A stretch of DNA of 64,000 nucleotides, from positions 4,059 to 68,058 of the forward strand of contig JAZSQS010000035.1 of NCBI GenBank assembly GCA_045538105.1, written 5' to 3'. Below are positions 8,840 through 17,378 of this stretch, in pieces (within the stretch, counting starts at the first letter, position 1; the number at the start of each line of letters is the position of its first letter). The notes beneath the pieces are model-generated. The model searched no databases. It was given only the letters and a program-made list of their open reading frames with translations, and had not been told where the DNA came from. The translations under genes and the position numbers were made by a program. The DNA comes from Akkermansia sp. (GTDB taxonomy: Bacteria > Verrucomicrobiota > Verrucomicrobiia > Verrucomicrobiales > Akkermansiaceae).

Positions 8840-9798
8840 AGCAAGCTCTCACATATCTGTGTGCATTAGGAGCCGCAGTGGCAAGCGTGCTTAGTTCATG
8901 CAGCCACCAGGAACTCATGACCCCGGATAAGACCACCCCCAGCTATGTTGCGCTGGAGGTCAATTCCGGACGTGTGCTATATGCTTCCAATTCCAATATC
9001 AAACGCCCCATCGGCATGCTGGCCAACCTGGCCACAGCCGTGGTGATAATGGACTGGGTAAAGGCATACCAGGTGGATATGAACAGACTCATCACCGTTC
9101 CGGCTGGCGCGGTGGCATGGCACCGTACCAACCTGCTCCGCCTTCAGCCTGGTGACCGCATCTCGGTGCGCGATGCCTTGTACTCAGCCCTCATGTGGGA
9201 CGACAGCGCCTGCGCCACTACCTTGGCATATGCCTGTGGCAGCAACTTGAGCACCAGTAACCCGGAAGGTGCCTTCATCGGTCAGATGAACAACCTTGCC
9301 CGCCGACTCGGCATGACCTCCACTTTCTTCAAGGGAAGCAATGGAGCGGTCATTACCCAGTCCTCCGCGCGCGACATGGCACTGCTTGGCATCTACGCAG
9401 TAAATGATACTGACCTGCTGGCCATTACTGCCCAGACAGGCTGCATTGTCTCCATTCACACCCCATACGGAGTACGCAGCCAGAAAATCCGCAACAACAA
9501 TAAGTTGCTCAGCGGTTCCGGGCATGTAGACGGGCTTAAGGCTGGTCAGTCCCGCAGTGCAGGCAACTGCCTGATGGTAACCTCACGCCGGGCCTCCGTC
9601 AAACGCATCAACCCCAGTACAGGCAAAGAGGCAACCTACGCACAACGCCTTCTCGTGGTAATGCTGGGTATGCCCTCCTCCGGCTCCCGCTACCGGGAAA
9701 CAGCCCGGTTCCTCCGCGATGGCTGGAACGCCTGGGACGCCTGGTTACCCACTAATGACTATCAAGATAGAACAAAATTCATCATACTCCCCAATTAA
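8836..9798 (+). CDS. PBP5/S11 D-Ala-D-Ala carboxypeptidase-like lipoprotein with active-site motifs lost
   Basis: Signal peptide plus lipobox (VLSSC). Collinear with E. coli DacA (SYVALEVNSGRVLY, SSARDMALLG, VDGLKAG). However, SxxK is MLAN, SGN is DDS and KTG is KAG. Confidence 0.8.
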   Translation: MKQALTYLCALGAAVASVLSSCSHQELMTPDKTTPSYVALEVNSGRVLYASNSNIKRPIGMLANLATAVVIMDWVKAYQVDMNRLITVPAGAVAWHRTNLLRLQPGDRISVRDALYSALMWDDSACATTLAYACGSNLSTSNPEGAFIGQMNNLARRLGMTSTFFKGSNGAVITQSSARDMALLGIYAVNDTDLLAITAQTGCIVSIHTPYGVRSQKIRNNNKLLSGSGHVDGLKAGQSRSAGNCLMVTSRRASVKRINPSTGKEATYAQRLLVVMLGMPSSGSRYRETARFLRDGWNAWDAWLPTNDYQDRTKFIILPN

Positions 9799-9804
9799 AA
9801 TCTC

Positions 9805-10899
9805 ATGAATATCGGTATTCTTAACGCCGGCGGCGACTGCCCCGGACTCAATGCTGTGATTGAAGGCGCCGTGGGTGCCGCATCCGCCCGCGGGTGGACA
9901 GTCTACGGCTTTTATGATGGCTTTGAGGGCCTTCTTTCCACGCCCGAAAACGAGCGTTGGCGCATCCTTACCCCGGAGAACTGCCTCAACATCCGTTCCA
10001 CAGGCGGCACGATTCTCGGGACAGTGAACAAAGGTAACTTTACCGTCAAGAGTGGCGTAGGCGGCCGCATGCAGATTGCGGACGATGTTCTTGCACGCAG
10101 CAAGGCCACGGTGGAGCGCCTGGGACTTTCAGCCCTCATTGTCGTAGGTGGTGATGGGTCCCAGACCATTGGTCAGGAACTCCGCCAGATTGGTCTGCCC
10201 ATTGTGGGTGTACCCAAGACCATTGATAATGACTTGGGAGCCACCGACTACACCTTCGGTTTCTGGACCGCCGTTTCCGTGGTAAGCAAGCAGCTGGACC
10301 GCCTCCGTACCACAGCCTTCTCCCACCAGCGCATGATGGTGGTGGAAGTCATGGGCCGACACGCCGGCTGGATTGCCCTCTACGGCGGCATTTCCGGCGG
10401 TGCAGATGTGATTCTGATTCCCGAAATCCCCTTCACCCTGGAAGACGTGGTCCGCAAGGTTGAACTCACCAAGGCTCTCGGTCAGCGCGAAATTATCATC
10501 GTGGTCAGTGAAGGTGCCACCATTGGCGGCAAGCTCCTCACCCTGGATGAAGAAACCAAGGGCGAGGTGCGCCTGGGCGGCATTGCAGCCTTCCTCTCCA
10601 CCAAGCTGGAAACCATCACGGGCATTGAAACCCGCTACTGCGTACTGGGTCACACTCAGCGCGGCGGATCCCCCATTCCCTTCGACCGCGTACTCGGTGT
10701 GCGATGCGGAGCCAAGGCCATTGACCTCATTGAGGAGGGTAAGTTTGGTGAAACTGTTGCCCTGCACCGCACAGACATGGTCTCCATGCCTATTGAGGAA
10801 GCAGTACGCACCCTCCACCTGGTGGACAGCAAGAGCCAACTCATCGAAGCTGCTCGTGAAATCGGTATTTCTTTCGGCGATTCCGAGGAAATCCGATAG
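9805..10899 (+). CDS. pfkA: 6-phosphofructokinase (PfkA family, catalytic residues intact)
   Basis: GGDGS, PKTIDNDL, MGRHAG and GHTQRGG are all present. It has the Gly104/Lys124 combination (E. coli numbering), so ATP versus PPi dependence cannot be decided from sequence. Confidence 0.9.
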   Translation: MNIGILNAGGDCPGLNAVIEGAVGAASARGWTVYGFYDGFEGLLSTPENERWRILTPENCLNIRSTGGTILGTVNKGNFTVKSGVGGRMQIADDVLARSKATVERLGLSALIVVGGDGSQTIGQELRQIGLPIVGVPKTIDNDLGATDYTFGFWTAVSVVSKQLDRLRTTAFSHQRMMVVEVMGRHAGWIALYGGISGGADVILIPEIPFTLEDVVRKVELTKALGQREIIIVVSEGATIGGKLLTLDEETKGEVRLGGIAAFLSTKLETITGIETRYCVLGHTQRGGSPIPFDRVLGVRCGAKAIDLIEEGKFGETVALHRTDMVSMPIEEAVRTLHLVDSKSQLIEAAREIGISFGDSEEIR

Positions 10900-10926
10900 G
10901 CCCCGCCACCAAGGCTTCTATCATTA

Positions 10927-10967
10927 CAACCGCTGCAAGCAGCATGCTTGCAGCGGTTGGCGCTTTT
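10927..10967 (+). terminator. Rho-independent terminator after pfkA
   Basis: 14-bp stem CAACCGCTGCAAGC / GCTTGCAGCGGTTG with loop AGCAT, followed by GCGCTTTT. Confidence 0.7.
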
Positions 10968-10975
10968 GTTAAGGC

Positions 10976-11004
10976 TTGCATTTCCTCTGAGGAATTCCTA
11001 TAAT
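10976..11004 (+). promoter_or_regulatory. sigma70-like promoter TTGCAT-17-TATAAT
   Basis: -35 at 10976-10981 and -10 at 10999-11004, 20 nt before ATG 11025. Confidence 0.55.
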
Positions 11005-11024
11005 AAGCCCCTCCTTTGTTGACC

Positions 11025-13922
11025 ATGAAGATGCACACCGATATCCACACTGGACTCACCACTGCCCAAGTTGAGGAAAGCCGCAAGAAATACGGCAGCA
11101 ACGAAATGACACCCCCCAGCCGTGACCCGTGGTGGGTAGAGCTGGCCCGCAAGTTTGCGGATCCCCTCATCGTCATTCTCATTGCAGCAGCCGTCATTTC
11201 GTTCATTCCCGTACTCCTCTCCCCTGGCGAGCACAGCTGTATTGAAAGCATCGGCATTATGTGCGCCGTGCTCTTGGCCACCACCGTCGGCTTCGTCAAT
11301 GAATACCGAGCCAATAAAGAGTTTGATATCCTCAACAAGGTGAATGATGTCACCCCCGTGCGCGTCCTCCGCAATGGCAAGCACACCATGGTTCCCAAGA
11401 ATGAACTCGTGGTGGGCGATATCGTCACGCTGGAAACCGGCGTTGAAGTACCGGCAGACGGCATCGTACTCGAATCCTCCTCCCTGCGTATTAACCAATC
11501 CTCCCTCACGGGCGAGTCTGAACCCGTTCTAAAAGTCCCCACGGAGGAAGAAGAAACCCTGCCCGGAGCCTACCCCCGCAACGTTGTACTCCGCAGCACG
11601 CTCGTGACCGATGGTCACGGCATCATCTGCGTCACCAAGGTAGGTGATTCCACGGAAATCGGCAAAGTAGCAGAAGCCGCTACCAAGGAAACCGGTGCCA
11701 AATCACCCCTCAACCTACAGTTGGAAGGGCTCTCCAAGGCCATCAATGTAGTGGGTACCTCCATTGCCATGATTCTCTTCACCTCACTGGTAGCGCATGA
11801 TGCCATGCTAGGCAAATTCGTACTCAGCGGCAGCCAGTGGTATTTCTTTGCCGCGCTCATTGCCGGCATTGCCGCTGCTACACTTAAAATCTGGTACCCC
11901 GTCCTGCGCGACCTGCTGGGCTATGCCAAAGTCACTATCCCCTCCCCCGGCTGGGTCAGGCAGGGTGGCTTCGGAGCATGGCTCAAGTGCCTCATTACAG
12001 GTGCCATCATCTTCAGCATCGCACTTGGCGCACTCATCGGCAGCGGAATCCTGCCAGCAGAACCCGGCACCTGGATGCCCCAGGCCGCGGCTGATAAGAT
12101 TCTCACCTACTTCATGATTGCCATCACGCTCATCGTTGTCTCCGTACCGGAAGGCCTGCCCATGAGCGTGACCCTCAGCCTGGCATACAGCATGCGTAAA
12201 ATGGCCAAGCAGAACAACCTCGTGCGCGAGATGGATGCTTGTGAAACCATTGGTGCCGCCACCGTGGTCTGCTCTGATAAAACCGGCACCCTCACCATGA
12301 ACCTCATGACCGTGCGAGAAGCAAACTTCCCCGGTGTGCAGGAACAAGGAGCCGCAGCTCCCATCTTCCCCCTGCTCACGGAAGCAGTGGCCGCTAACTC
12401 CACCGCAGATCTCGATGAGGCAGGCAAGGTGCTCGGCAACGTGACGGAAGGCGCCATGCTCATGTACCTGAACGACAAAGGCATCTCCTATGCCGATGCA
12501 CGCAGCAAGTTCACCACCATTGCCCAGTTACCCTTCCACACGCAGAATAAATTCATGGCCACCTGCGGTAACTCTGCCGTACTGGGTAAGGAAGTAATCT
12601 ACCTCAAGGGCGCCCCGGAGGTAGTACTCTCCAAATGCTCCTCCGCATATTCTGGAGAGCTCACAGACGCCGCACGGGAGGAAGTACTCACGATCATCCG
12701 CACCGCCCAGCGCAAAGCCATGCGCGTGCTGGGTCTAGCCTACAAAGAAGGCAGCGCCGGCACCCCCGAAGCAGTGAAGGATGCCTGCACCGGCCTCACC
12801 TGGCTCGGATGCTTTGTGATCCAGGATCCCGTACGCCCGGATGTACCCGCAGCCGTTGCATCCTGCCACAAAGCTGGCGTTGGTATCAAAATTGTGACCG
12901 GGGATAACTTTGAGACAGCCTGCCAGATTGGTCGGGAGATTGGATTACTGCCGGAAGGCGAGCTCCCCCAGGGAGCCGTGCTTACTGGAGACCAGTTCGG
13001 CCAGCTAACGGAGCAGCAGCTGCTCGATGGCGTGAACGATCTCCGCGTGCTTTCCCGCGCAAAACCCATGGACAAGCTGCGCCTGGTCAATGCCCTGCAG
13101 GAAAAGGGGCACGTGGTAGCAGTCACCGGTGATGGCACCAATGATGCCCCTGCCCTCAACCATGCAGATGTGGGGCTCTCCATGGGTATCACCGGCACTT
13201 CCGTAGCCAAGGAAGCCTCCGATATCATCCTGCTGGATGACTCCTTTGCCAGCATCATCCGAGCTATCAAATGGGGGCGTTCCCTCTACCGCAATATTCA
13301 GAAGTTCATTGTATTCCAGCTCACCGTAAACGTCGCGGCCTGCGGTATCGCCGCCATGGGGCCCTTCATCGGTTGTGAACTTCCCCTCACCGTCACACAA
13401 ATGCTCTGGGTAAACCTCATCATGGACACCTTTGCCGCTCTGGCACTTGCCTCTGAGCCCCCCAGTGATGACGTGATGGAACAGAAACCACGCAACAAGT
13501 TTGCCTTCATCATCACCCCCACCATGTGGCGCTGGATTCTCTGCCTCGGCATTGGGTTCATCATTGCCCTGGTAAGCTATGTGAAGTGCATGCCCTCCCA
13601 GGACGTAGAACCGGAAGCTTTCCGCCATTCCGTCACCATGCTCTTCACCGGTTTTGTGATGTTGCAATTCTGGAACCTGTTCAATGCCCGCGTCTACGGC
13701 ACAAACAACAGCTTCGTGAAAGGCATCTTTGCCAACCGTAGCTTCCTCTTCATCTTGGCAGTCATCCTCTTCGGGCAGGTACTCGCCACTCAATTCGGCG
13801 GGGATATCTTCCGCACCGTACCCCTCAGTCTCAGAGAATGGCTAATCATCACCGCGGTCACCAGCCCCGTCCTCATCATTGGCGAAACCGTCCGACTCAT
13901 CGGGCGTATCCGTTCCAAGTAA
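11025..13922 (+). CDS. P-type cation-transporting ATPase, type II (Ca2+-pump-like)
   Basis: TGES, CSDKTGTLT phosphorylation site, TGDN and VTGDGTNDAPAL. N-terminus LTTAQVEESRKKYGSNEM is typical of Ca pumps. About 10 hydrophobic helices. First ATG used; the track start at 11016 is TTG. Confidence 0.9.
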   Translation: MKMHTDIHTGLTTAQVEESRKKYGSNEMTPPSRDPWWVELARKFADPLIVILIAAAVISFIPVLLSPGEHSCIESIGIMCAVLLATTVGFVNEYRANKEFDILNKVNDVTPVRVLRNGKHTMVPKNELVVGDIVTLETGVEVPADGIVLESSSLRINQSSLTGESEPVLKVPTEEEETLPGAYPRNVVLRSTLVTDGHGIICVTKVGDSTEIGKVAEAATKETGAKSPLNLQLEGLSKAINVVGTSIAMILFTSLVAHDAMLGKFVLSGSQWYFFAALIAGIAAATLKIWYPVLRDLLGYAKVTIPSPGWVRQGGFGAWLKCLITGAIIFSIALGALIGSGILPAEPGTWMPQAAADKILTYFMIAITLIVVSVPEGLPMSVTLSLAYSMRKMAKQNNLVREMDACETIGAATVVCSDKTGTLTMNLMTVREANFPGVQEQGAAAPIFPLLTEAVAANSTADLDEAGKVLGNVTEGAMLMYLNDKGISYADARSKFTTIAQLPFHTQNKFMATCGNSAVLGKEVIYLKGAPEVVLSKCSSAYSGELTDAAREEVLTIIRTAQRKAMRVLGLAYKEGSAGTPEAVKDACTGLTWLGCFVIQDPVRPDVPAAVASCHKAGVGIKIVTGDNFETACQIGREIGLLPEGELPQGAVLTGDQFGQLTEQQLLDGVNDLRVLSRAKPMDKLRLVNALQEKGHVVAVTGDGTNDAPALNHADVGLSMGITGTSVAKEASDIILLDDSFASIIRAIKWGRSLYRNIQKFIVFQLTVNVAACGIAAMGPFIGCELPLTVTQMLWVNLIMDTFAALALASEPPSDDVMEQKPRNKFAFIITPTMWRWILCLGIGFIIALVSYVKCMPSQDVEPEAFRHSVTMLFTGFVMLQFWNLFNARVYGTNNSFVKGIFANRSFLFILAVILFGQVLATQFGGDIFRTVPLSLREWLIITAVTSPVLIIGETVRLIGRIRSK

Positions 13923-13948
13923 GCCCGGTGCTCCCTTTCTGTTTTCAT

Positions 13949-13979
13949 CCGCGCCCCCAACCTGAGGGCGCGGCTTTTT
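13949..13979 (+). terminator. Rho-independent terminator
   Basis: Stem CCGCGCCC / GGGCGCGG with a 9-nt loop, followed by CTTTTT. Confidence 0.65.
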
Positions 13980-14019
13980 CACACTCATGAAAAAGCCCAG
14001 ATACGCCACCTGTTTATCC

Positions 14020-14048
14020 TTGCCAGAATAAGGCATTTCTAGTAAACT
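14020..14048 (+). promoter_or_regulatory. sigma70-like promoter TTGCCA-17-TAAACT
   Basis: -35 at 14020-14025 and -10 at 14043-14048. The GTG at 14051 is too close to be used, which supports ATG 14075. Confidence 0.45.
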
Positions 14049-14074
14049 GAGTGCGTAACAAACAGAAAACGCAT

Positions 14075-14728
14075 ATGCTGAAAAAACTGCTCACGCTCTT
14101 TGCTGTTACTTTGCTGCTTACCGGGTTTCTTGTTCCCATCTGCGCCCAGGAAGAGAACGAAGAATCCACAGAAGCCGAACAGGTGGAAGAACAGGAGGAA
14201 ATTTCCATATACAAGCTCCTCAAGGACGTCAAATACGTCACCAAGGTGAAATCCAAGAAAAAGGCCAATGTGTATTTCATCCTGCGTTCTCATTCCAAAT
14301 GCCCATTCTGCCGTATGATTACCCCGAAAATGAATGAGGCATACAAGGAAATGAAAGGCAAAGGTGCTGAAATCATCATGCTCAATGGCGACCCGGATGC
14401 TGAAACAGCTAAGAAATGGGCAGATGAAACGGGAATTGAAATTCCCATGGTTACACCGGACACCACCGGTCCCATTGCGGCCAAGGTATCGGCTGGTGGC
14501 AGCGGTGGATTCCCCAATATTATGGCGGTCATGGAGGATGGCACCCAGATTGAAGGCACCTCAGGCGGCAAGAAATGCCCAGAGCTCGTTGCCCGTTGGA
14601 AAGATTTTGTAAAGGATGCCAGAAAGGCTGAAAGAGACAAGGCAAAAGAGAAAAAAGCCATGGCCAAAAAGAAGAAAAAGGCGAAAATGAAGAAAGCCAA
14701 GGCCAAGAAGGCAGCGCTGGATGACTAA
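14075..14728 (+). CDS. secreted thioredoxin-fold protein (CxxC) with Lys-rich C-terminal tail
   Basis: Signal peptide MLKKLLTLFAVTLLLTGFLVPICAQ. CPFC motif in a TlpA/AhpC-like context (FILRSHSKCPFCRMITPKMNEAY). Tail is KAKEKKAMAKKKKKAKMKKAKAKKAALDD. Confidence 0.6.
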   Translation: MLKKLLTLFAVTLLLTGFLVPICAQEENEESTEAEQVEEQEEISIYKLLKDVKYVTKVKSKKKANVYFILRSHSKCPFCRMITPKMNEAYKEMKGKGAEIIMLNGDPDAETAKKWADETGIEIPMVTPDTTGPIAAKVSAGGSGGFPNIMAVMEDGTQIEGTSGGKKCPELVARWKDFVKDARKAERDKAKEKKAMAKKKKKAKMKKAKAKKAALDD

Positions 14729-14782
14729 AGGACGAAAGCCACCCAGCGCGTTTCCCCTCCGCGCGCACTACTCATCAATCAA

Positions 14783-14813
14783 TCAGCCCGGTTTGTAGAA
14801 CAAACCGGGCTGA
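14783..14813. terminator. bidirectional terminator hairpin between convergent genes
   Basis: 13-bp stem TCAGCCCGGTTTG / CAAACCGGGCTGA with loop TAGAA, located between the stops at 14728 (+) and 14841 (-). Confidence 0.6.
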
Positions 14814-14840
14814 CTTCATGTAAGGCTGGAAAGGAATCTC

Positions 14841-15470
14841 TTAGAAGGAGAAGCTCACCCCTGTGCGGACACCGTGGTAAGTCTGCTTATTATATTCGGT
14901 CTCACCCAGCTCAGGCTGAGCCGTGCTACCATTGAAGCTGTATGCAGCAAACACCTCCATCTTGGGGCTGAGCTGATAACGCACACCAGCTTCCAGAGAA
15001 TAAGCGAAGCCCCAGTCGGAATCGTGGTTCTTGAAACGGCCATCAGCAACATCCACGCAAGCCTTGGTACTCACGTTCGCAATACCGGCATTCACACCAG
15101 CAAAGAGAGCCACCTTCTCCGTGAGGGCGTGAGTATAACGATAGCCAGGCATCAGGTAGAACGTATGCTGATCCAGCTCAATCTGCTCAAAAGGATAACG
15201 GGACACCTCATCCCCGAATGTATAACCCAGGCGCAGGTTCACAGAATGCTTGCTGTTCAGTGCATAATTGGCAGTCAAATCAGCACCCCAGGTATTAATA
15301 TCCTCAATGCCAGGGAAATTGGAAATCGTTGCATGGTTGGCATCGTTATAAACAGCGGCCACCTCCAGAGTCAGGGGGCAAGGAGCAGGAGCGGGGGCAA
15401 TTACCGGAGCCGGGTCACCTGCCAGCACGGGCAGAGCGCAGATAGAAAGAAGGATGATGCTCTTTTTCAT
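14841..15470 (-). CDS. outer-membrane beta-barrel protein (OmpA-like 8-strand / opacity-family type)
   Basis: Signal peptide MKKSIILLSICALPVLAG, alternating hydrophobic beta-strand pattern, and C-terminal ...GVSFSF ending in Phe. Confidence 0.7.
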   Translation of the reverse strand: MKKSIILLSICALPVLAGDPAPVIAPAPAPCPLTLEVAAVYNDANHATISNFPGIEDINTWGADLTANYALNSKHSVNLRLGYTFGDEVSRYPFEQIELDQHTFYLMPGYRYTHALTEKVALFAGVNAGIANVSTKACVDVADGRFKNHDSDWGFAYSLEAGVRYQLSPKMEVFAAYSFNGSTAQPELGETEYNKQTYHGVRTGVSFSF

Positions 15471-15522
15471 ATTCGTATTTTAGTTGTTATTGTGTATGAG
15501 GCGGCTCACAACCGCCGCGGGG

Positions 15523-15551
15523 ATTATGATGACTTTCTACCTGATAGTCAA
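15523..15551 (-). promoter_or_regulatory. sigma70-like promoter TTGACT-17-CATAAT (minus strand)
   Basis: -35 at 15546-15551 and -10 at 15523-15528, with a 52-nt leader to ATG 15470. Confidence 0.45.
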
Positions 15552-15585
15552 GTATTTTTAATATTTTGACTCGATAATGCACAAA

Positions 15586-15614
15586 GAAGCCCAGCTCATA
15601 CAGAACCGGGCTTC
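15586..15614. terminator. possible terminator hairpin downstream of tRNA-fMet
   Basis: 7-bp stem GAAGCCC / GGGCTTC with a 15-nt loop and short T-runs on both strands. Weak. Confidence 0.3.
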
Positions 15615-15621
15615 TTTTGAA

Positions 15622-15695
15622 TTGCGGGAGCAGGATTTGAACCTGCGGCCTTCAGGTTATGAGCCTGACGAGCTACCTGGCTGCTCCATCCCGCG
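15622..15695 (-). tRNA. initiator tRNA-fMet (anticodon CAT)
   Basis: 74-nt cloverleaf CGCGGGA-TG-GAGC-AGCCAGGTA-GCTC-G-TCAGG-CTCATAA-CCTGA-AGGCC-GCAGG-TTCAAAT-CCTGC-TCCCGCA-A. C1xA72 mismatch typical of bacterial initiators and near-identity to E. coli tRNA-fMet from memory. No encoded CCA. Confidence 0.9.
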
Positions 15696-15729
15696 ATTTT
15701 ATAACCATCACCCTAGCGGGTGCGGCAGA

Positions 15730-15758
15730 AATATACCACCATTCCCCTGATGCGTCAA
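15730..15758 (-). promoter_or_regulatory. sigma70-like promoter TTGACG-17-TATATT for tRNA-fMet
   Basis: -35 at 15753-15758 and -10 at 15730-15735, about 34 nt upstream of the tRNA 5' end. Confidence 0.45.
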
Positions 15759-15797
15759 GCCTTTTTTTGCAAAAAATCTCACCTTACATCAAAAAAA

Positions 15798-16481
15798 CTA
15801 TTTTTTCTTTTTGCCTTTTGCCCGCCAGTTATGGGTCAGAATATCCACCGCAGTCTGGTTACCAGCCTCAGCAGCATTCACCAGCCAACCCATCATCAGT
15901 TCCTCATTCCTCGGTACCCCTTTGCCGGTCGCATAGCAAGTACTGAGCATCAGGCAGGCCTCACCATCCCCCTGCATGGCCGCATACCTCAGGTACCGGA
16001 TGCCGGCCTCCGCACTGGCATTTTTGGCAGAGCCATTCAGGTGCATGCGGGCTAACAACAGCTGGGCAGGCACGGAATCATCATCTGCCATGCGCTCCAA
16101 CCACTGCAACGCCCCCTTCAAATTACCAGCCCGAGCCTCCATCTGCACCAGGGTGTGGCAAGCATCATCATTTCCCTCATCCACAGCGGCGGCATACCAC
16201 TTGCGAGCCTTTGTCATAGAGCGGCGCACGCCTATGCCGCGCTCATAACACAACCCCATGGCAGCCATTGCACGGGGTTCGCGGCTTTCTGCCGCTTTGG
16301 AAAACCAGCGGAAAGCATGCTTGTAGGAACGGATGGCACCTTTCTGCCCCGTCAACAAACGGCGGCCGTACTCATACTGAGCCAAGGGATCCCCTGCCAC
16401 AGCATCTCGCCGCAGCTTGTAAATACCGTGGCACCCGGTCAAGAGGAGCAAGGCACACATGATGTATCCGACCTGCTTCAT
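15798..16481 (-). CDS. Sel1-repeat (SLR/TPR-like) lipoprotein
   Basis: Lipobox LLLTGC. Sel1-type repeats (AFRWFSKAAESREPRAMAAMGLCYERGIGV, ARKWYAAAVDEGNDDA, GIRYLRYAAMQGDGEA). Ends in KGKKKK. The start overlaps the UDG stop (4 nt). Confidence 0.8.
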   Translation of the reverse strand: MKQVGYIMCALLLLTGCHGIYKLRRDAVAGDPLAQYEYGRRLLTGQKGAIRSYKHAFRWFSKAAESREPRAMAAMGLCYERGIGVRRSMTKARKWYAAAVDEGNDDACHTLVQMEARAGNLKGALQWLERMADDDSVPAQLLLARMHLNGSAKNASAEAGIRYLRYAAMQGDGEACLMLSTCYATGKGVPRNEELMMGWLVNAAEAGNQTAVDILTHNWRAKGKKKK

Positions 16482-17284
16482 CTGAAATAATTCCTTTGCT
16501 TTTCACTAATAGGCATACCCAGGCGTTCCATGACAGCCAGCATATCCTCCCACAAGGCGCGGCGGGCAGAAATTGCCTCATTCCGCAGTAGATAGCTGGG
16601 GTGGTACGTCACCCGAACAGGAACGCCCTGGCATTCCAACCAGCGTCCCCGCAGCGCATTCACCCCCTGCTGGGTTCCCAGCAAGCCCTTGGCAGAGCTG
16701 CCTCCCAGACAAACAATGCAAGCCGGATGAACTGCTCGGATTTCAGCCATGATGAGCGGCGCGCAGGCAGCCAGTTCTTCCGGGCTGGGTGGGCGGTTGG
16801 CCGTACCCTGGTTTTCTCCCATGGAAGGTCTGAACTTGCACACATTAGAAATATACACCTTCTCACGCGGCAGCCCCATGGCTCCCAGAATCCGGTTCAA
16901 CAACTGCCCTGCCGGCCCCACAAACGGCTCCTGCTGGCGCTCTTCCTCATACCCCGGCGCCTCACCCACCAGCATAAGCCGCGCATGCGGATTCCCTACA
17001 GCAAACACCATGGTATCACGCAGTGTACCCAAACGCCGGGCGGGTTTCCACTCAGCCGCACGCTGCCGCAGGTATATCAATTTTTCCTCAACACTGAGCA
17101 CAGTGTCTTCCGAACGAGCGCTTCCCCCGGCAGAACAAGAAGCCCCGGCATTCCCGCGGCGGCGGGCATCCTGCATCCATTGCCGCAAAATTCCCCTGGC
17201 ATCTTCATCCACCGCAAGGCGAGACTCCCCCCGTTCCTCCAAATGAGTAAGGGATTTGACCGCAAGCTGCCTGAGGGTAAGCAT
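16478..17284 (-). CDS. uracil-DNA glycosylase, family 4
   Basis: GEAPGYEEE, PFVGPAGQLL and HPSYLLR motifs, with an N-terminal ~90-aa extension. Confidence 0.85.
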   Translation of the reverse strand: MLTLRQLAVKSLTHLEERGESRLAVDEDARGILRQWMQDARRRGNAGASCSAGGSARSEDTVLSVEEKLIYLRQRAAEWKPARRLGTLRDTMVFAVGNPHARLMLVGEAPGYEEERQQEPFVGPAGQLLNRILGAMGLPREKVYISNVCKFRPSMGENQGTANRPPSPEELAACAPLIMAEIRAVHPACIVCLGGSSAKGLLGTQQGVNALRGRWLECQGVPVRVTYHPSYLLRNEAISARRALWEDMLAVMERLGMPISEKQRNYFR

Positions 17285-17341
17285 ACTCGCATTCTAGCAT
17301 ATCACGTATGAAAGGCAAGGAAAAGATGCACCAATGACCAC

Positions 17342-17370
17342 TTGACGCTGCATTCTGCATCTGCTAGAGT
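17342..17370 (+). promoter_or_regulatory. sigma70-like promoter TTGACG-17-TAGAGT (leaderless configuration)
   Basis: -35 at 17342-17347 and -10 at 17365-17370, with only 8 nt to ATG 17379. Confidence 0.5.
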
Positions 17371-17378
17371 TTGCGGCA

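Noticed and set aside
10841-11542. 233-aa minus-strand ORF spanning the pfkA terminator and the start of the P-type ATPase
   Set aside because: It crosses a strong terminator and promoter and lies opposite well-supported coding sequence. No motif was found.
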